A stretch of DNA of 64,000 nt. It comes from a bacterium (GTDB lineage: Bacteria; SAR324; XYD2-FULL-50-16). Made by a program: the position numbers and the translations under genes. Numbering within the stretch: position 1 is the first letter of the stretch; each line of letters starts with the position of its first letter. The stretch is from assembly GCA_018830885.1 (NCBI GenBank), contig JAHJRI010000073.1, forward strand, positions 180 to 64,179, written 5' to 3'. Shown piece by piece: positions 47,341-56,774 of this stretch. The notes beneath the pieces were generated by a model. That model searched no databases and was not told the DNA's origin. It was given only the letters and a program-made list of their open reading frames with translations.

Positions 47341-48351
47341 TTACAGCACAGAAACGGCATTATGGGAGATGCGGACAGAAACAGAGCTTCCAATCATGGG
47401 CATGTGTGTGTGGTACTGTTCCGGTGTCAGCATGAGGACCAGCTGTATTTCAGATTCCAGAACCAGGCGGATGCTGTTCTTGCCCTGGCTGATCTGGGTC
47501 ACTTTCCCCTGCAGCAGATTGCCCGGGGCGTGTGGAGCCCCGTTCTTCAACAATTCGATCCGCCATGGATCCAGCAATATCCGCTTCTTGAAGCCGATAT
47601 CCATTGGCAGACGCAGTGTGACCGTATCGTTGAGGGAAAAAAGGGTATCCTGACCTTCCTGGCCAACCGTTTTGACAGAGAACATGTTTTCATAGGCGCC
47701 ATTGAACAATTTTCCGTGATCCAGAAAGAGGGTTCGATGGGCCAGAGCCGTTGTCTGAAACCGGTCATGAGAGCTGAGGATGATGCTGATCCCTTTTTCT
47801 TCGTTGATCTGTTTGAGCAGTTTGATGATGGCTTGCTGGCTTTCCAGATCCACACTGGAGGTGGGTTCGTCACAGATAATCACACGGGGCGAAAGAGCCA
47901 GGGCTCTTGCCAGGACGACCCGCTGGGTTTCCCCTCCGGAGAGCTTATGGGCCTGGGCCGCGATCATGTGTCTCATACCGACCAGCTCCAGGGATTCATC
48001 GATGATTCGTCGTCGTTCGCCAGAAGAAAATCCACGGATCTTGAGCCCAAACGCCATATTCTTATAGACTGTGGTGGTAAACATCACCGGACGCTGGCTG
48101 ACAACAACGACCTGCCGGCGGAGCTGTTGCAGGTGTCTTCTGGAAAAATCGACAGCTGTCCCCTCAAACGTGATTTGTCCCGTCGCGGGGGCTTCCAGAA
48201 ACCCCAGGATGTTCATCAAGGTTGTTTTTCCGGCACCATTGGGCCCCAGCAGGCCATGGATCAACCCCTGTTCAATCACCAGTTCGTCTATATTCAGTAC
48301 CGTGCGGCTGCCGAAAACCTGGCTGATCTGTTTCAGCTGATACAGGATCAT
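47341..48351 (-). CDS. tupC: ABC transporter ATPase, tungstate/molybdate type, with C-terminal TOBE-like domain
   Basis: 336 aa with Walker A GPNGAGKTT, signature LSGGETQR, Walker B IICDEPTS, and a ~100-aa beta-rich C-terminus. Overlaps the permease gene by 4 nt. Confidence 0.65.
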   Translation of the reverse strand: MILYQLKQISQVFGSRTVLNIDELVIEQGLIHGLLGPNGAGKTTLMNILGFLEAPATGQITFEGTAVDFSRRHLQQLRRQVVVVSQRPVMFTTTVYKNMAFGLKIRGFSSGERRRIIDESLELVGMRHMIAAQAHKLSGGETQRVVLARALALSPRVIICDEPTSSVDLESQQAIIKLLKQINEEKGISIILSSHDRFQTTALAHRTLFLDHGKLFNGAYENMFSVKTVGQEGQDTLFSLNDTVTLRLPMDIGFKKRILLDPWRIELLKNGAPHAPGNLLQGKVTQISQGKNSIRLVLESEIQLVLMLTPEQYHTHMPMIGSSVSVRISHNAVSVL

Positions 48352-49043
48352 TCCTTCCCCCTTCCCTGAACGAAATGGAACAGGATATTGATGCTGAAGC
48401 TGAGTGAAATCAAAATGATACCCAGGGCAATGGCCAGCACGAACTCCCCCTTGTCATATTCCAGGGCCATGGCGGTGGTGATGGTGCGGGTAAAGCCCTT
48501 GGCATTTCCTCCCAGCATCATGCTGATCCCGACTTCTGAGATTACCCGGCCGAAGGCGGCGATGACTGCTGCGGCGATACCGAAGCGTGCCTCCCTGAAG
48601 ATCACGGCTGCGGTCTGCCAGCCATTGGCGCCCAAGGTCATGGCCGTTTTGCGATACCCCTGATCAATCTGACTGATGGACGAAATGGTGAAGGTTGCAA
48701 CGACGGGAAAGATCAGGATTGTCTGGCCAATGACGATTGCCTCCTGGGTGTAGAGCAGATCGAAAACCCCGAGGATAGCTCGTCTGGATATAAATGCGTA
48801 AACAAAAAGACCGATCGCGACAGTCGGGAATGCCAGCATGGTGTTCAGGCAGGTGATCAGTAATCGTTTGCCCCTGAAGGTGTTGAAACTGACTAGAAAT
48901 CCGAAGGGAATTCCGAAACAGGCAGACAGAAGGGTGGATCCAGCGCTGACTTTGAGAGAGACTGTCACGATCTCCACCAATTCCCGGTCCATTGACCAGA
49001 CCAGGTCCAGCGCTGATAACAAACTGTCTGTAAAAAAGCCCAT
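48348..49043 (-). CDS. tupB: ABC transporter permease, tungstate type
   Basis: 231 aa, 5-6 TM, with an EAA-like loop (REARFGIAAAVIAAFGRVISEVG). Confidence 0.65.
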   Translation of the reverse strand: MGFFTDSLLSALDLVWSMDRELVEIVTVSLKVSAGSTLLSACFGIPFGFLVSFNTFRGKRLLITCLNTMLAFPTVAIGLFVYAFISRRAILGVFDLLYTQEAIVIGQTILIFPVVATFTISSISQIDQGYRKTAMTLGANGWQTAAVIFREARFGIAAAVIAAFGRVISEVGISMMLGGNAKGFTRTITTAMALEYDKGEFVLAIALGIILISLSFSINILFHFVQGRGKE

Positions 49044-49086
49044 TTCTTAGACGTTGAGGTTGAATCGGAAATTCAGGTAGTTGCCG

Positions 49087-49980
49087 CTACTGTATCGCAT
49101 CCGGATAAAACAGCTGCTTTCCTTCAAGCCGGTAATCGGCGATCATTTTCTGGGCTTTGGGGGATACAATCCATTCTGCATATTGTCTGGCCAGATCGAA
49201 CTTGGTATGGGGATGCTTTTTGGGATTCACCGGAATCACTCCGTAGGGATTATACAGCAGTTGATCGCCCTCACAGAGCACCTCAAGGTCGATACCCTGT
49301 TTTCTGCCAAATTTGTATTTGATATAGGTACCCCTGTCGGACAGCGTGTAAGCCTGTTTTTCATCAGCAAAGGTCAGCACCTTTCCCATTCCCTGTCCTA
49401 GAGAATAGTACCAATCCCCTGAGGGTTGCGTAAAGCTGATTGTTGTCTTTTTCCCTTTTTTGGTGATAACAGACTGCACTTTTTTCATTTCAAGACCGGC
49501 CTGTTTCCATAAAGCCTGTTCCTTGGTATGGGTCCCGCTATCATCTCCCCTTGAAATAAAAAGGGATCCGGAGGTGGCAATTTTCTTCAGGGCTGCCGAG
49601 GCGTCACTGGTGCCCCTGATCCCGGCTTTGTCCTGTGAAGAGCCCAGGATAACAAAATCATTGTGCATGACGGCGTATCTTTTGGTGCCGTATCCTTTTT
49701 GAACGAAGTCCAGTTCCCGTTCTTTGGCATGAACAAAGATGACATCCACGTTCCCGTCCATCCCGTCGCGAATGGCGGCACCTGTCCCTTTGGCGATCAC
49801 CTTCACCCGAATTCCCGTGTCTTTCTCGAATTCCGGCAGGAGGATATCCAGCAGGCCTGATGCCTGGGTACTGGTCGTGGTGGACATGGACAGGACCGGT
49901 TTATCTGCGGCCATCAATAAAAAAGGGAGCAGTATCAGCCCCGTCAGCATACAAATGACAATTTTCCAGCTTCTCTTCAT
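49087..49980 (-). CDS. tupA: Periplasmic tungstate-binding protein TupA-like
   Basis: 297 aa with a signal peptide and the TupA hallmark TTTSTQASGLLD plus a downstream SRGDDSGTH motif. Confidence 0.7.
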   Translation of the reverse strand: MKRSWKIVICMLTGLILLPFLLMAADKPVLSMSTTTSTQASGLLDILLPEFEKDTGIRVKVIAKGTGAAIRDGMDGNVDVIFVHAKERELDFVQKGYGTKRYAVMHNDFVILGSSQDKAGIRGTSDASAALKKIATSGSLFISRGDDSGTHTKEQALWKQAGLEMKKVQSVITKKGKKTTISFTQPSGDWYYSLGQGMGKVLTFADEKQAYTLSDRGTYIKYKFGRKQGIDLEVLCEGDQLLYNPYGVIPVNPKKHPHTKFDLARQYAEWIVSPKAQKMIADYRLEGKQLFYPDAIQ

Positions 49981-50096
49981 ATGTCACTCCTGGTCTTTTA
50001 GTGTTAAAATGAAGTCTAAATCTTAAGTAACGGATCAGAATTACTATAATAGGTGAATTCCGACAACCACAAAATATAAAAAATCATCGCAGGTAA

Positions 50097-50176
50097 CTTT
50101 TAAGCAACAACCAGTTATTTTTCGGCTGTTGTTTGTGGATTGGGGCGGGCTGTAGGCCCGCTGGAAGCTATTCACC
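50097..50176 (+). repeat. Family-C head module only
   Basis: CTTTTAAGCAACAACCAGTTATTTTTCGGCTGTTGTTTGTGGATTGGGGCGGGCTGTAGGCCCGCTGGAAGCTATTCACC, directly abutting a core hairpin. Confidence 0.75.
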
Positions 50177-50182
50177 TGGTTA

Positions 50183-50286
50183 CGCCCCAAAGGTATTGTG
50201 TTTCAAGAAACGCATGAATCCTCCTGGAGCTCCTGGAAGCCATCCATGGCTTCCAAGGTTCTTCAAACACAATACCTTCGGGGCTG
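50183..50286. repeat. Shared-core hairpin with private outer arms
   Basis: GCCCCAAAGGTATTGTGTTTCAAGAA...GGAGCTCC...TTCTTCAAACACAATACCTTCGGGGC. The core is the same as in family A. Confidence 0.8.
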
Positions 50287-50491
50287 AGCGGAAATTGAAC
50301 TGAATAGATACCATCGCAGATGGAAAATGGGTTGTCCGTCGATATCGGTCAGACAATATCGCAACCGGCTGTACTTGATCCAGCAGTTCGGAGGGGGTTG
50401 CAGGAAAGGAAGGTCCTGGCAGATGGGGCGTGACCGCTGAAAATAAGCGCCATGGAACCCTGAATATCCGGAATTCACGCAGTTGAGCACG

Positions 50492-51352
50492 TTATTCGTT
50501 CTTTTCCAGATTCTGATCCATCCTCAGGGGCAGATTTGACATTTCCCTGACCCTGTCCAGCAGTTGATTGAACATTGTGTCTTCGTCTTCTATTGTCATC
50601 GTAATCGCTTCAGCGGAACATTGAGAAATACAAATCCCACATCCGATGCAGGTATCTTGAATCACAGCAGAATTGTCCTCAATGGCGATGGCCGACATGA
50701 AGCATGTTTCCACACAGGTTTCGCACTGCGTGCACTTTTGGATGTCAACCTGGACAGAAAGTCCTGGCAGTTTCTTGTAGGTTCTACCAAGGGAGGGACC
50801 TCGATGTTTCATATGGGATCGATAAATACACTGGTCGTCGTCGCAAAAGCACATGAACAGGAGTTGGCTGAATCTTGTCAGCTGAAATGCCAGGGCATCA
50901 ATCCAGACGTGTGCGATGTTGGCAACCAATCCCTCAGCGGCAGCTTTTTGTACATGATCTACTGCCTGATCCGCACTGATCCGGCGTCCGTGGCTAGGAT
51001 GAATGCGGGCAATCGCAGGACCCAATGCCAGACAACCGATATGCAGCCGGGAACTCGCTCTGTTTTTAACACCGGCACAATGACACTCATCCATCAAAAA
51101 TATATCATCGATTTCAGCCAGCAGCCGCTCAACGAGTTTCATCGGTAGAGCGACGCTATCAGGTGATTCGACGTTTACATGAATAGGGATTGAAGTCAGT
51201 TCATTACAGGGGTGTTTGAAAAACGGATAGATGATCCATTTCAGTACAGGCACATTGCTGAGGGTTTTCCCGTATTTAATGAGTGGCCATGACAGTCTTA
51301 ACTCCAAACGGACCAGTTTGAGACCGGGACCGTACTTGAATCGTTTCCACAT
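50492..51352 (-). CDS. Cys-rich Fe-S protein, 2x[4Fe-4S] ferredoxin C-terminus (paralog 2)
   Basis: 286 aa with CTQCETCVETC and CIGCGICISQC, an upstream ECHCAGVKN...GCLALG, and a degenerate CFCDDDQC. Confidence 0.55.
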   Translation of the reverse strand: MWKRFKYGPGLKLVRLELRLSWPLIKYGKTLSNVPVLKWIIYPFFKHPCNELTSIPIHVNVESPDSVALPMKLVERLLAEIDDIFLMDECHCAGVKNRASSRLHIGCLALGPAIARIHPSHGRRISADQAVDHVQKAAAEGLVANIAHVWIDALAFQLTRFSQLLFMCFCDDDQCIYRSHMKHRGPSLGRTYKKLPGLSVQVDIQKCTQCETCVETCFMSAIAIEDNSAVIQDTCIGCGICISQCSAEAITMTIEDEDTMFNQLLDRVREMSNLPLRMDQNLEKNE

Positions 51353-51412
51353 AGGCGGTTCACCGATGAGCGAAAGACAGGCAGTTGGAAAGGTTCCGGC
51401 AATGGTCCAGGG

Positions 51413-51685
51413 TTATGGGTCAATTATCCCCCTTTTGACCGGTACCCACCAGGTAAACCCGTAAAGCAGGGTTTTCGCGATAACGGTTTGAAGACTGGGA
51501 TTGTTCTTGTTCCTGATCTTCAGGGACACAGGAAGTTCAGCGATATGAATGAGTAACAGGCAGATAAAAAAGCCCCAGGCCTTTAAATGACTTTCAGGGA
51601 AAAGAAGGTATCCGGCCACGAGCGAAATAACCCAAAGCCCAAGGGCTCCGGTCATCAACAACCGCCAGGTAATTTTTGAATTCAT
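51413..51685 (-). CDS. Small integral membrane protein (90 aa, ~3 TM)
   Basis: Hydrophobic ORF lying between the two Fe-S paralogs, 4 nt after the upstream stop. Confidence 0.4.
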   Translation of the reverse strand: MNSKITWRLLMTGALGLWVISLVAGYLLFPESHLKAWGFFICLLLIHIAELPVSLKIRNKNNPSLQTVIAKTLLYGFTWWVPVKRGIIDP

Positions 51686-51689
51686 GGTT

Positions 51690-52631
51690 TCAATGTTCTA
51701 CGGGGTTGAATGGATATTCAAAATTGATTCTGTTCCTGATCCGGTCCTGTAATTCTGCGATGGCTTCATCCACATCCACGATCAGGGGGAAAATCGCCTT
51801 TTCAGGACAGCCGGACACACAAAGTCCACATCCCTTGCACAGGTTGTTGTCCCGGACGATTCTTCCCTCCTCAAGGGTCAGCGCTCCCATGAAACAGGTA
51901 TCCATGCAAGTTTCGCAAAGGGTACATTTCTGATGATCCGTGTGAATTTCAAGACCTTTCAACCGGACGATTCTGCCAGCGACATCATCGGGGAGATACC
52001 TGCCCGAGTTGAGTACGGTACAACAGCATCGACAGCAGAAACAGACGGCCAGAAGTCTACCTCTATCCCTGACTCCCCAGATCAGGTTATCGACTTTTAC
52101 TCTACCGATCATTGGTACCAGGCCATCGGCAACACAGGTTCGCATGTGCGCGATGGCCTCCTCTTTACTGACGTGGGTGGCGATGCGCGGATCGATCTCC
52201 TCTGTCCCGGCACCCAGTTGAATGCAACCGGCTTCGATGGAATGGGTGTTACATTGACGTTCATCTCTGCAGGTACAGCGCTTAATAATGACACGGTGTG
52301 CAGAACGGTGAATCAATTCTTCGAGCACCAATGAGGGCAGGTATGAGCTGTCTACACCTGAAATCTCTGCATTGATGGGAATATGGGTGACATTGAAATT
52401 TCTTTCAGACATCAGGGGTAAGGCTATTTTTGCAATCAGCCCGCCGATAACGGGCCATTGTGTTGCCATAGCACTTTTCCAGGTGATGGGCCATATTCTG
52501 GCGAGCACATGAAGCCACCATTCCGGTCTTCTTGACATGTCAACCCCAGCAAAGGTGAGCAGTGGAGAGGTTTTTCCAACACCTAACAGCGATCTGAAAG
52601 ATAGTGTCAGCGATTCTGGAGGGGTAACCAT
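51690..52631 (-). CDS. Cys-rich Fe-S protein, 2x[4Fe-4S] ferredoxin C-terminus (paralog 3)
   Basis: 313 aa with CTLCETCMDTC and CKGCGLCVSGC, preceded by RCTCRDERQCNTHSIEAGC and VCFCCRCCC. Start codon uncertain. Confidence 0.55.
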   Translation of the reverse strand: MVTPPESLTLSFRSLLGVGKTSPLLTFAGVDMSRRPEWWLHVLARIWPITWKSAMATQWPVIGGLIAKIALPLMSERNFNVTHIPINAEISGVDSSYLPSLVLEELIHRSAHRVIIKRCTCRDERQCNTHSIEAGCIQLGAGTEEIDPRIATHVSKEEAIAHMRTCVADGLVPMIGRVKVDNLIWGVRDRGRLLAVCFCCRCCCTVLNSGRYLPDDVAGRIVRLKGLEIHTDHQKCTLCETCMDTCFMGALTLEEGRIVRDNNLCKGCGLCVSGCPEKAIFPLIVDVDEAIAELQDRIRNRINFEYPFNPVEH

Positions 52632-52652
52632 TCGGTCAACAGGTTTTCCCCT

Positions 52653-54971
52653 TTATTCAGTTTTGCCTGGATCGTAAATGAGTCGGTCGTTGCTGTCCAG
52701 CTTGAGGCAACCGCTCAAATTCCAGATTTCAATGGCCGCTTCGATCAGTTTCAGCTCGTTTTCATGGATAAAGTTGTCCGCATTGACCAGATCGATATAC
52801 AGGTTGAGCAGCCGGCACAGCTGGCTGACCTCCTCATTAAAGAACGGGATCAGGGCTTTGAGCGAGGTCCGGTACTGCTCTGTCTGGGCCTCGTGACTTT
52901 TCAGCTTGATGTAACGCTGGATGGTGGGGATGAAGATGGCGTTAAATCGATCGTCGCTGATATCCGGCAGCATGGTTCTAAACGTCTCCCGAATCACCAC
53001 CTTCTCGCTGTCGTCAATATCCCTGTCTGAAAAGGCGATCGCAATAAGGGTGAAAAGCAGTTCATTTTCCCCGGTCCAGGGGATTTCACTGGCCGGGTTA
53101 GTTTTCCTGATGGATATTTTCCGTTGCAGCTCTTCCAGTTTCGCCATATCGGCATCGTTCAGAAAACCGTCCTGCTTCTGCCGCTTGATCAGGAAGCTTT
53201 CCACTTCCATGGACAGATACTGGGAGTCCGTTTCCAGTTTTCGCAGCCGTTTTTTGATCTGTTCATTCATCATATCCTTGAATGGCTGGATCTGGTTTTT
53301 CTCAGGAGCAAAGTAGATATTCATGTTCCCGCGATCCGTGTCTTCCCAGAAAGTGGGGCCAAAGATACTCAGTAGGAAGCACTGGCCATCGATAATGGCC
53401 TTGAACTCCTTTTCATCAAAAAAACTGAGATCATCCAGGTAATCCTCAATGATGATTTCTGCAAAATCATCCATTCCCTGGTCCAGGTAGTAGAGCGCCA
53501 GGCCGATCTGAATCCTGCGGGTGCCGTTGTTGCCACCCAGCGTGGTTTTGTCCACGTCGTCCTTTGAAAAATTTGGTGGTTGATCCAGATCCAGGACGAT
53601 CTTGAGCAGATGCAGCTGATCCTCTCGTTTCCATTCCTGCTCCCGGACCAGTATCTGGCATTTCTTCAACTCAAAGGTCAGGGTGTCGACAATAAAATAG
53701 AGCGCAGGGTTGGTTTTGGCGTTCTTATAGATTTCGTTGCTGTAAAACTTGATCCGGTCATAACACACTTTGGTCTCATTCTCTTTACCGGCGCGGATAT
53801 AGGCCTGGATCATATTGGAGAAGTGAAAGGCCAGGTTATAGAGATTGCGGGGTTCATTGTTGCGGATGGCATGCTTGATAGCGAACCGGAACAGCGTATT
53901 AAACCGGATATCGATATGGTTCTGGATCTGGGGATTATTGGCCCTGATGCAGGTGGTGCCGATGTCAACCAGCTCTGCCGGGATCAGGGAGGCGATATCG
54001 TAGCGGTTGTTCTCGATCATGTTGATGTAGGAATTTCCCAGCAGCCGGAACACCTTGACCTCAAAGAAACTGGCACTGTCCTGCATCTCGCGGTATTGCT
54101 GTTCCGTATAGGTCCGGTAGGTGGCGTTTCTGCTGATCACTTTTGTCAGTTGGAAAAACCGGGTATTGAATCGTTCCTTGTTCTGAATATATTGATGGCT
54201 GATCCGTCCGATCTGTCTGATAATGTCTGACTGGGTCTCCTTGAACTGGACAAAACTGAGGAGATCATCCAGCTGGTCCAGGGAGTCCAGGAGTTTCTGC
54301 TGGTAATCCTCCACAATTACCTCCCTTTCCATCGCACCATGGATGGTCTTGTTGGTCATTTTTTTGATATCCTTGATGATCATGGCGGAAATGGTACTGA
54401 CCACATTGCTGGTCTTGGAGTAGATCAGGATATAAAAGATGTACGGCAGCGCCAGCACATAGGAGAGGGTCAGGAATCCGTAGGTATTCAGGATGACGCT
54501 GGAGTTTCGATCCATCGGCTTGCCATAGAACATGATGACAAATGCGTGGAGTGAAGCAAGGACAATAAACCAGATAAACAGCAGGCTGGTCCAGTCCGTC
54601 ATGTAAAGATCGATCAGGCGGGGGGTGGATTCAGCCGCGATGGCGATAACGATGATCAATGTCCCCAGCACCATCGCCAGGACACCCGCCCAGATTTCAG
54701 GGGCAAAATCGAGATTCACCATCTGGTGATAGGACAGGGCAATGCCAAACTGTCTGTTCAGAAAATCGATGGTGGGGTTATAGAGTCGGTAAAACAGCCA
54801 ATCGGTGCCCAGAATGAAGACCGCAACCAACAGAAAAGAGACCGTGCGGCGGAATCTGGAAATCAGATTCAATGTCGATACCTGGATATAGTACGGATTC
54901 ATTTTGTATTCGATTTGGAGATGGGTTGCTGCTGAAAGCCATGGAAGCTGAAACGTCGGATTCGACATCAA
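52653..54971 (-). CDS. Multi-TM protein with large cytoplasmic region and C-terminal TerB-like domain
   Basis: 772 aa with ~5 N-terminal TM helices. The C-terminus has paired A-x-x-D-x-x-I-x3-E repeats (IAFSDRDIDDSEKVVI and LVNADNFIHENELKLIEAA), typical of TerB/DjlA-N folds. Alternative start at 54902. Confidence 0.5.
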   Translation of the reverse strand: MMSNPTFQLPWLSAATHLQIEYKMNPYYIQVSTLNLISRFRRTVSFLLVAVFILGTDWLFYRLYNPTIDFLNRQFGIALSYHQMVNLDFAPEIWAGVLAMVLGTLIIVIAIAAESTPRLIDLYMTDWTSLLFIWFIVLASLHAFVIMFYGKPMDRNSSVILNTYGFLTLSYVLALPYIFYILIYSKTSNVVSTISAMIIKDIKKMTNKTIHGAMEREVIVEDYQQKLLDSLDQLDDLLSFVQFKETQSDIIRQIGRISHQYIQNKERFNTRFFQLTKVISRNATYRTYTEQQYREMQDSASFFEVKVFRLLGNSYINMIENNRYDIASLIPAELVDIGTTCIRANNPQIQNHIDIRFNTLFRFAIKHAIRNNEPRNLYNLAFHFSNMIQAYIRAGKENETKVCYDRIKFYSNEIYKNAKTNPALYFIVDTLTFELKKCQILVREQEWKREDQLHLLKIVLDLDQPPNFSKDDVDKTTLGGNNGTRRIQIGLALYYLDQGMDDFAEIIIEDYLDDLSFFDEKEFKAIIDGQCFLLSIFGPTFWEDTDRGNMNIYFAPEKNQIQPFKDMMNEQIKKRLRKLETDSQYLSMEVESFLIKRQKQDGFLNDADMAKLEELQRKISIRKTNPASEIPWTGENELLFTLIAIAFSDRDIDDSEKVVIRETFRTMLPDISDDRFNAIFIPTIQRYIKLKSHEAQTEQYRTSLKALIPFFNEEVSQLCRLLNLYIDLVNADNFIHENELKLIEAAIEIWNLSGCLKLDSNDRLIYDPGKTE

Positions 54972-56774
54972 TCATAAATCAATTTGCTCTTTTTTCAAAT
55001 ACCGAATTGCATATTCATTAATCAATCCGGAGTCAAGCAGGAGCTCAACAATATCCCGGTCAATATGATTTTCTTTGATCAATGATTTCAGTATCTTTAT
55101 TGCCTCTGAAACCGACATCGGCTTCTTATACGGGCGATCAGGGGCCGACAGTGCTTCAAATATATCTGAAACAGCCATGATCCGGGACTGCAGATTTATT
55201 TCCGCTGCGCCATACTTCATGGGATATCCTGTTCCGTCCAGTCTTTCATGGTGGGCACCTGCAATTCTGGGAACATTCTTGAGTTTTCTTGGCCAGGGCA
55301 GACTTTCGAGAATTTTGATCGTCATTTCAGCATGACTTTCCATGATGTCCCGTTCATCCTTCGTCAGCGTTCCTTTGCGGATGGACAGGTTTTCGACCTC
55401 ATTATCGGTCAGGTACCGGGTGATTCTCTGGCCGAACTGGAAGGTCTTGGCAGCAATCTGGTTCAGACGGGCGATTTTCGCCTCGGACATTTCTTCACCA
55501 CCATGATTGATTTTTTCAAGAAAAGCGAATTCGTCGGCGAGTTCGGAAAGTTCAGTCTGACACTGCTGATCGATCTGCTCAATTTTATGGTGGTCTGCCT
55601 TCTTCTGTTTGAGCCGGGCCTTCTCCTGTTCTGCCGCCAGCTGTTTTGAAAGAGAAATCGTTTCCCAGCGGGTTTTGATAAGCTCGATGCGATTGAAGAT
55701 CCCTTCGAGTTTCATGGATTTGTCAACGATGTGGTTGGAGGTGGTTATCTTACCGGTATCGTGCATCCAGGCCGCGATGCGCAACTCCTCCATTTCATCC
55801 TGGCTGAAACAAGTTTCGGAAAAAGGGCCCTTTTTTGTCTGATTGATTTTCTCCGCAATTTTCATGGTCAGTTCAGTTACCCGCTGGATATGGCCACCAG
55901 TATAGTTTGATTTTTTTTCGATAGCCGTGGCGATCGCCTTGATAAAGGATTCAAACAGATCCTTCAGGTTCTTGATTAGATTCTGCTGGGTCAGCATCAC
56001 CGCAGCCTGGCTTGCCAGGGCCTCCGTCAGGTCCATGACGTCAGAACTGAAAGGAATAGACTCGCCTTCGGTGTTCTTGGAATTGATCAACTGCAACACA
56101 CCGATCATTTCATTTTCATGATCGCACATGGGTACCACGAGCATGGATTGGCTCCGATACCCTGTTATTTTGTCAAATGTCTTGGTTCCTTCAAAATTAA
56201 ATCCCTCTTCCTTATATGCGTCTGATATATTGACGGTTTTGTTGGTCAGCGCCACAAAAGCTGAAACATTGGAATGGTTTGGCTGCTCATTAGTATAGAG
56301 GAGCACATTGGGCAGGGTGACCTTCTGGTTGGATGTGCCCCCCATGTAGGTGTTCAATGTATCATTGTGCAGGACGTAAAAAGCCAGTTCCCGTCGGTCC
56401 TCTGTCAGCAGGTAAAGGGTTCCGGCATCTGCCCGGGTGAAGCGTCTGGCCTGGGAGAGGATTAACTCCAGGATATGCGACAGGTTGCGCTCCGCGGACA
56501 TCGCCTTGCCGATCTCCGCCAGATCGCTGATGTTCCGGGCCTGCTCCTCGGTAAACGTGCGTAGTTCATGCACGATACTCGCAATCAGTCTGTCAATCGG
56601 TGGATGATCACTGTAACGGCGTTTCGGGTGAAATGTCTTGCCTTTTTGATTCATTTTTTGTCTGTGCTGATTCAAATCGGTTCCAGGAAACTCATTCTCA
56701 CGGTTAATTCTATTTGAAAGCGGCTGGGGATTCCCCGCCATTACCGGTCGCAAACGGCAGCCAAACGGTAGCAA
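54972..56774 (-). CDS. GAF-domain HD-GYP phosphodiesterase
   Basis: GAF-like N-terminal half, then canonical WMHDTGK and GAHHERLDGTGYP. The start may be an internal ATG (MNQKGK). Its stop directly abuts the next ORF. Confidence 0.8.
   Translation of the reverse strand: MLPFGCRLRPVMAGNPQPLSNRINRENEFPGTDLNQHRQKMNQKGKTFHPKRRYSDHPPIDRLIASIVHELRTFTEEQARNISDLAEIGKAMSAERNLSHILELILSQARRFTRADAGTLYLLTEDRRELAFYVLHNDTLNTYMGGTSNQKVTLPNVLLYTNEQPNHSNVSAFVALTNKTVNISDAYKEEGFNFEGTKTFDKITGYRSQSMLVVPMCDHENEMIGVLQLINSKNTEGESIPFSSDVMDLTEALASQAAVMLTQQNLIKNLKDLFESFIKAIATAIEKKSNYTGGHIQRVTELTMKIAEKINQTKKGPFSETCFSQDEMEELRIAAWMHDTGKITTSNHIVDKSMKLEGIFNRIELIKTRWETISLSKQLAAEQEKARLKQKKADHHKIEQIDQQCQTELSELADEFAFLEKINHGGEEMSEAKIARLNQIAAKTFQFGQRITRYLTDNEVENLSIRKGTLTKDERDIMESHAEMTIKILESLPWPRKLKNVPRIAGAHHERLDGTGYPMKYGAAEINLQSRIMAVSDIFEALSAPDRPYKKPMSVSEAIKILKSLIKENHIDRDIVELLLDSGLINEYAIRYLKKEQIDL

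Noticed and set aside
46112-48369. Long antisense ORFs (46112-47269 -, 385 aa; 47278-48369 +, 363 aa).
   Set aside because: They lie opposite the clearly motif-bearing TauE and ABC ATPase genes, and their translations have no recognisable features.
49981-50096. Looked for a Moco/tungsten-cofactor riboswitch in the tupA leader.
   Set aside because: The leader is short, AT-rich, and lacks the conserved multi-stem GC-rich features of that RNA. Only a -10-like TATAGT is apparent.
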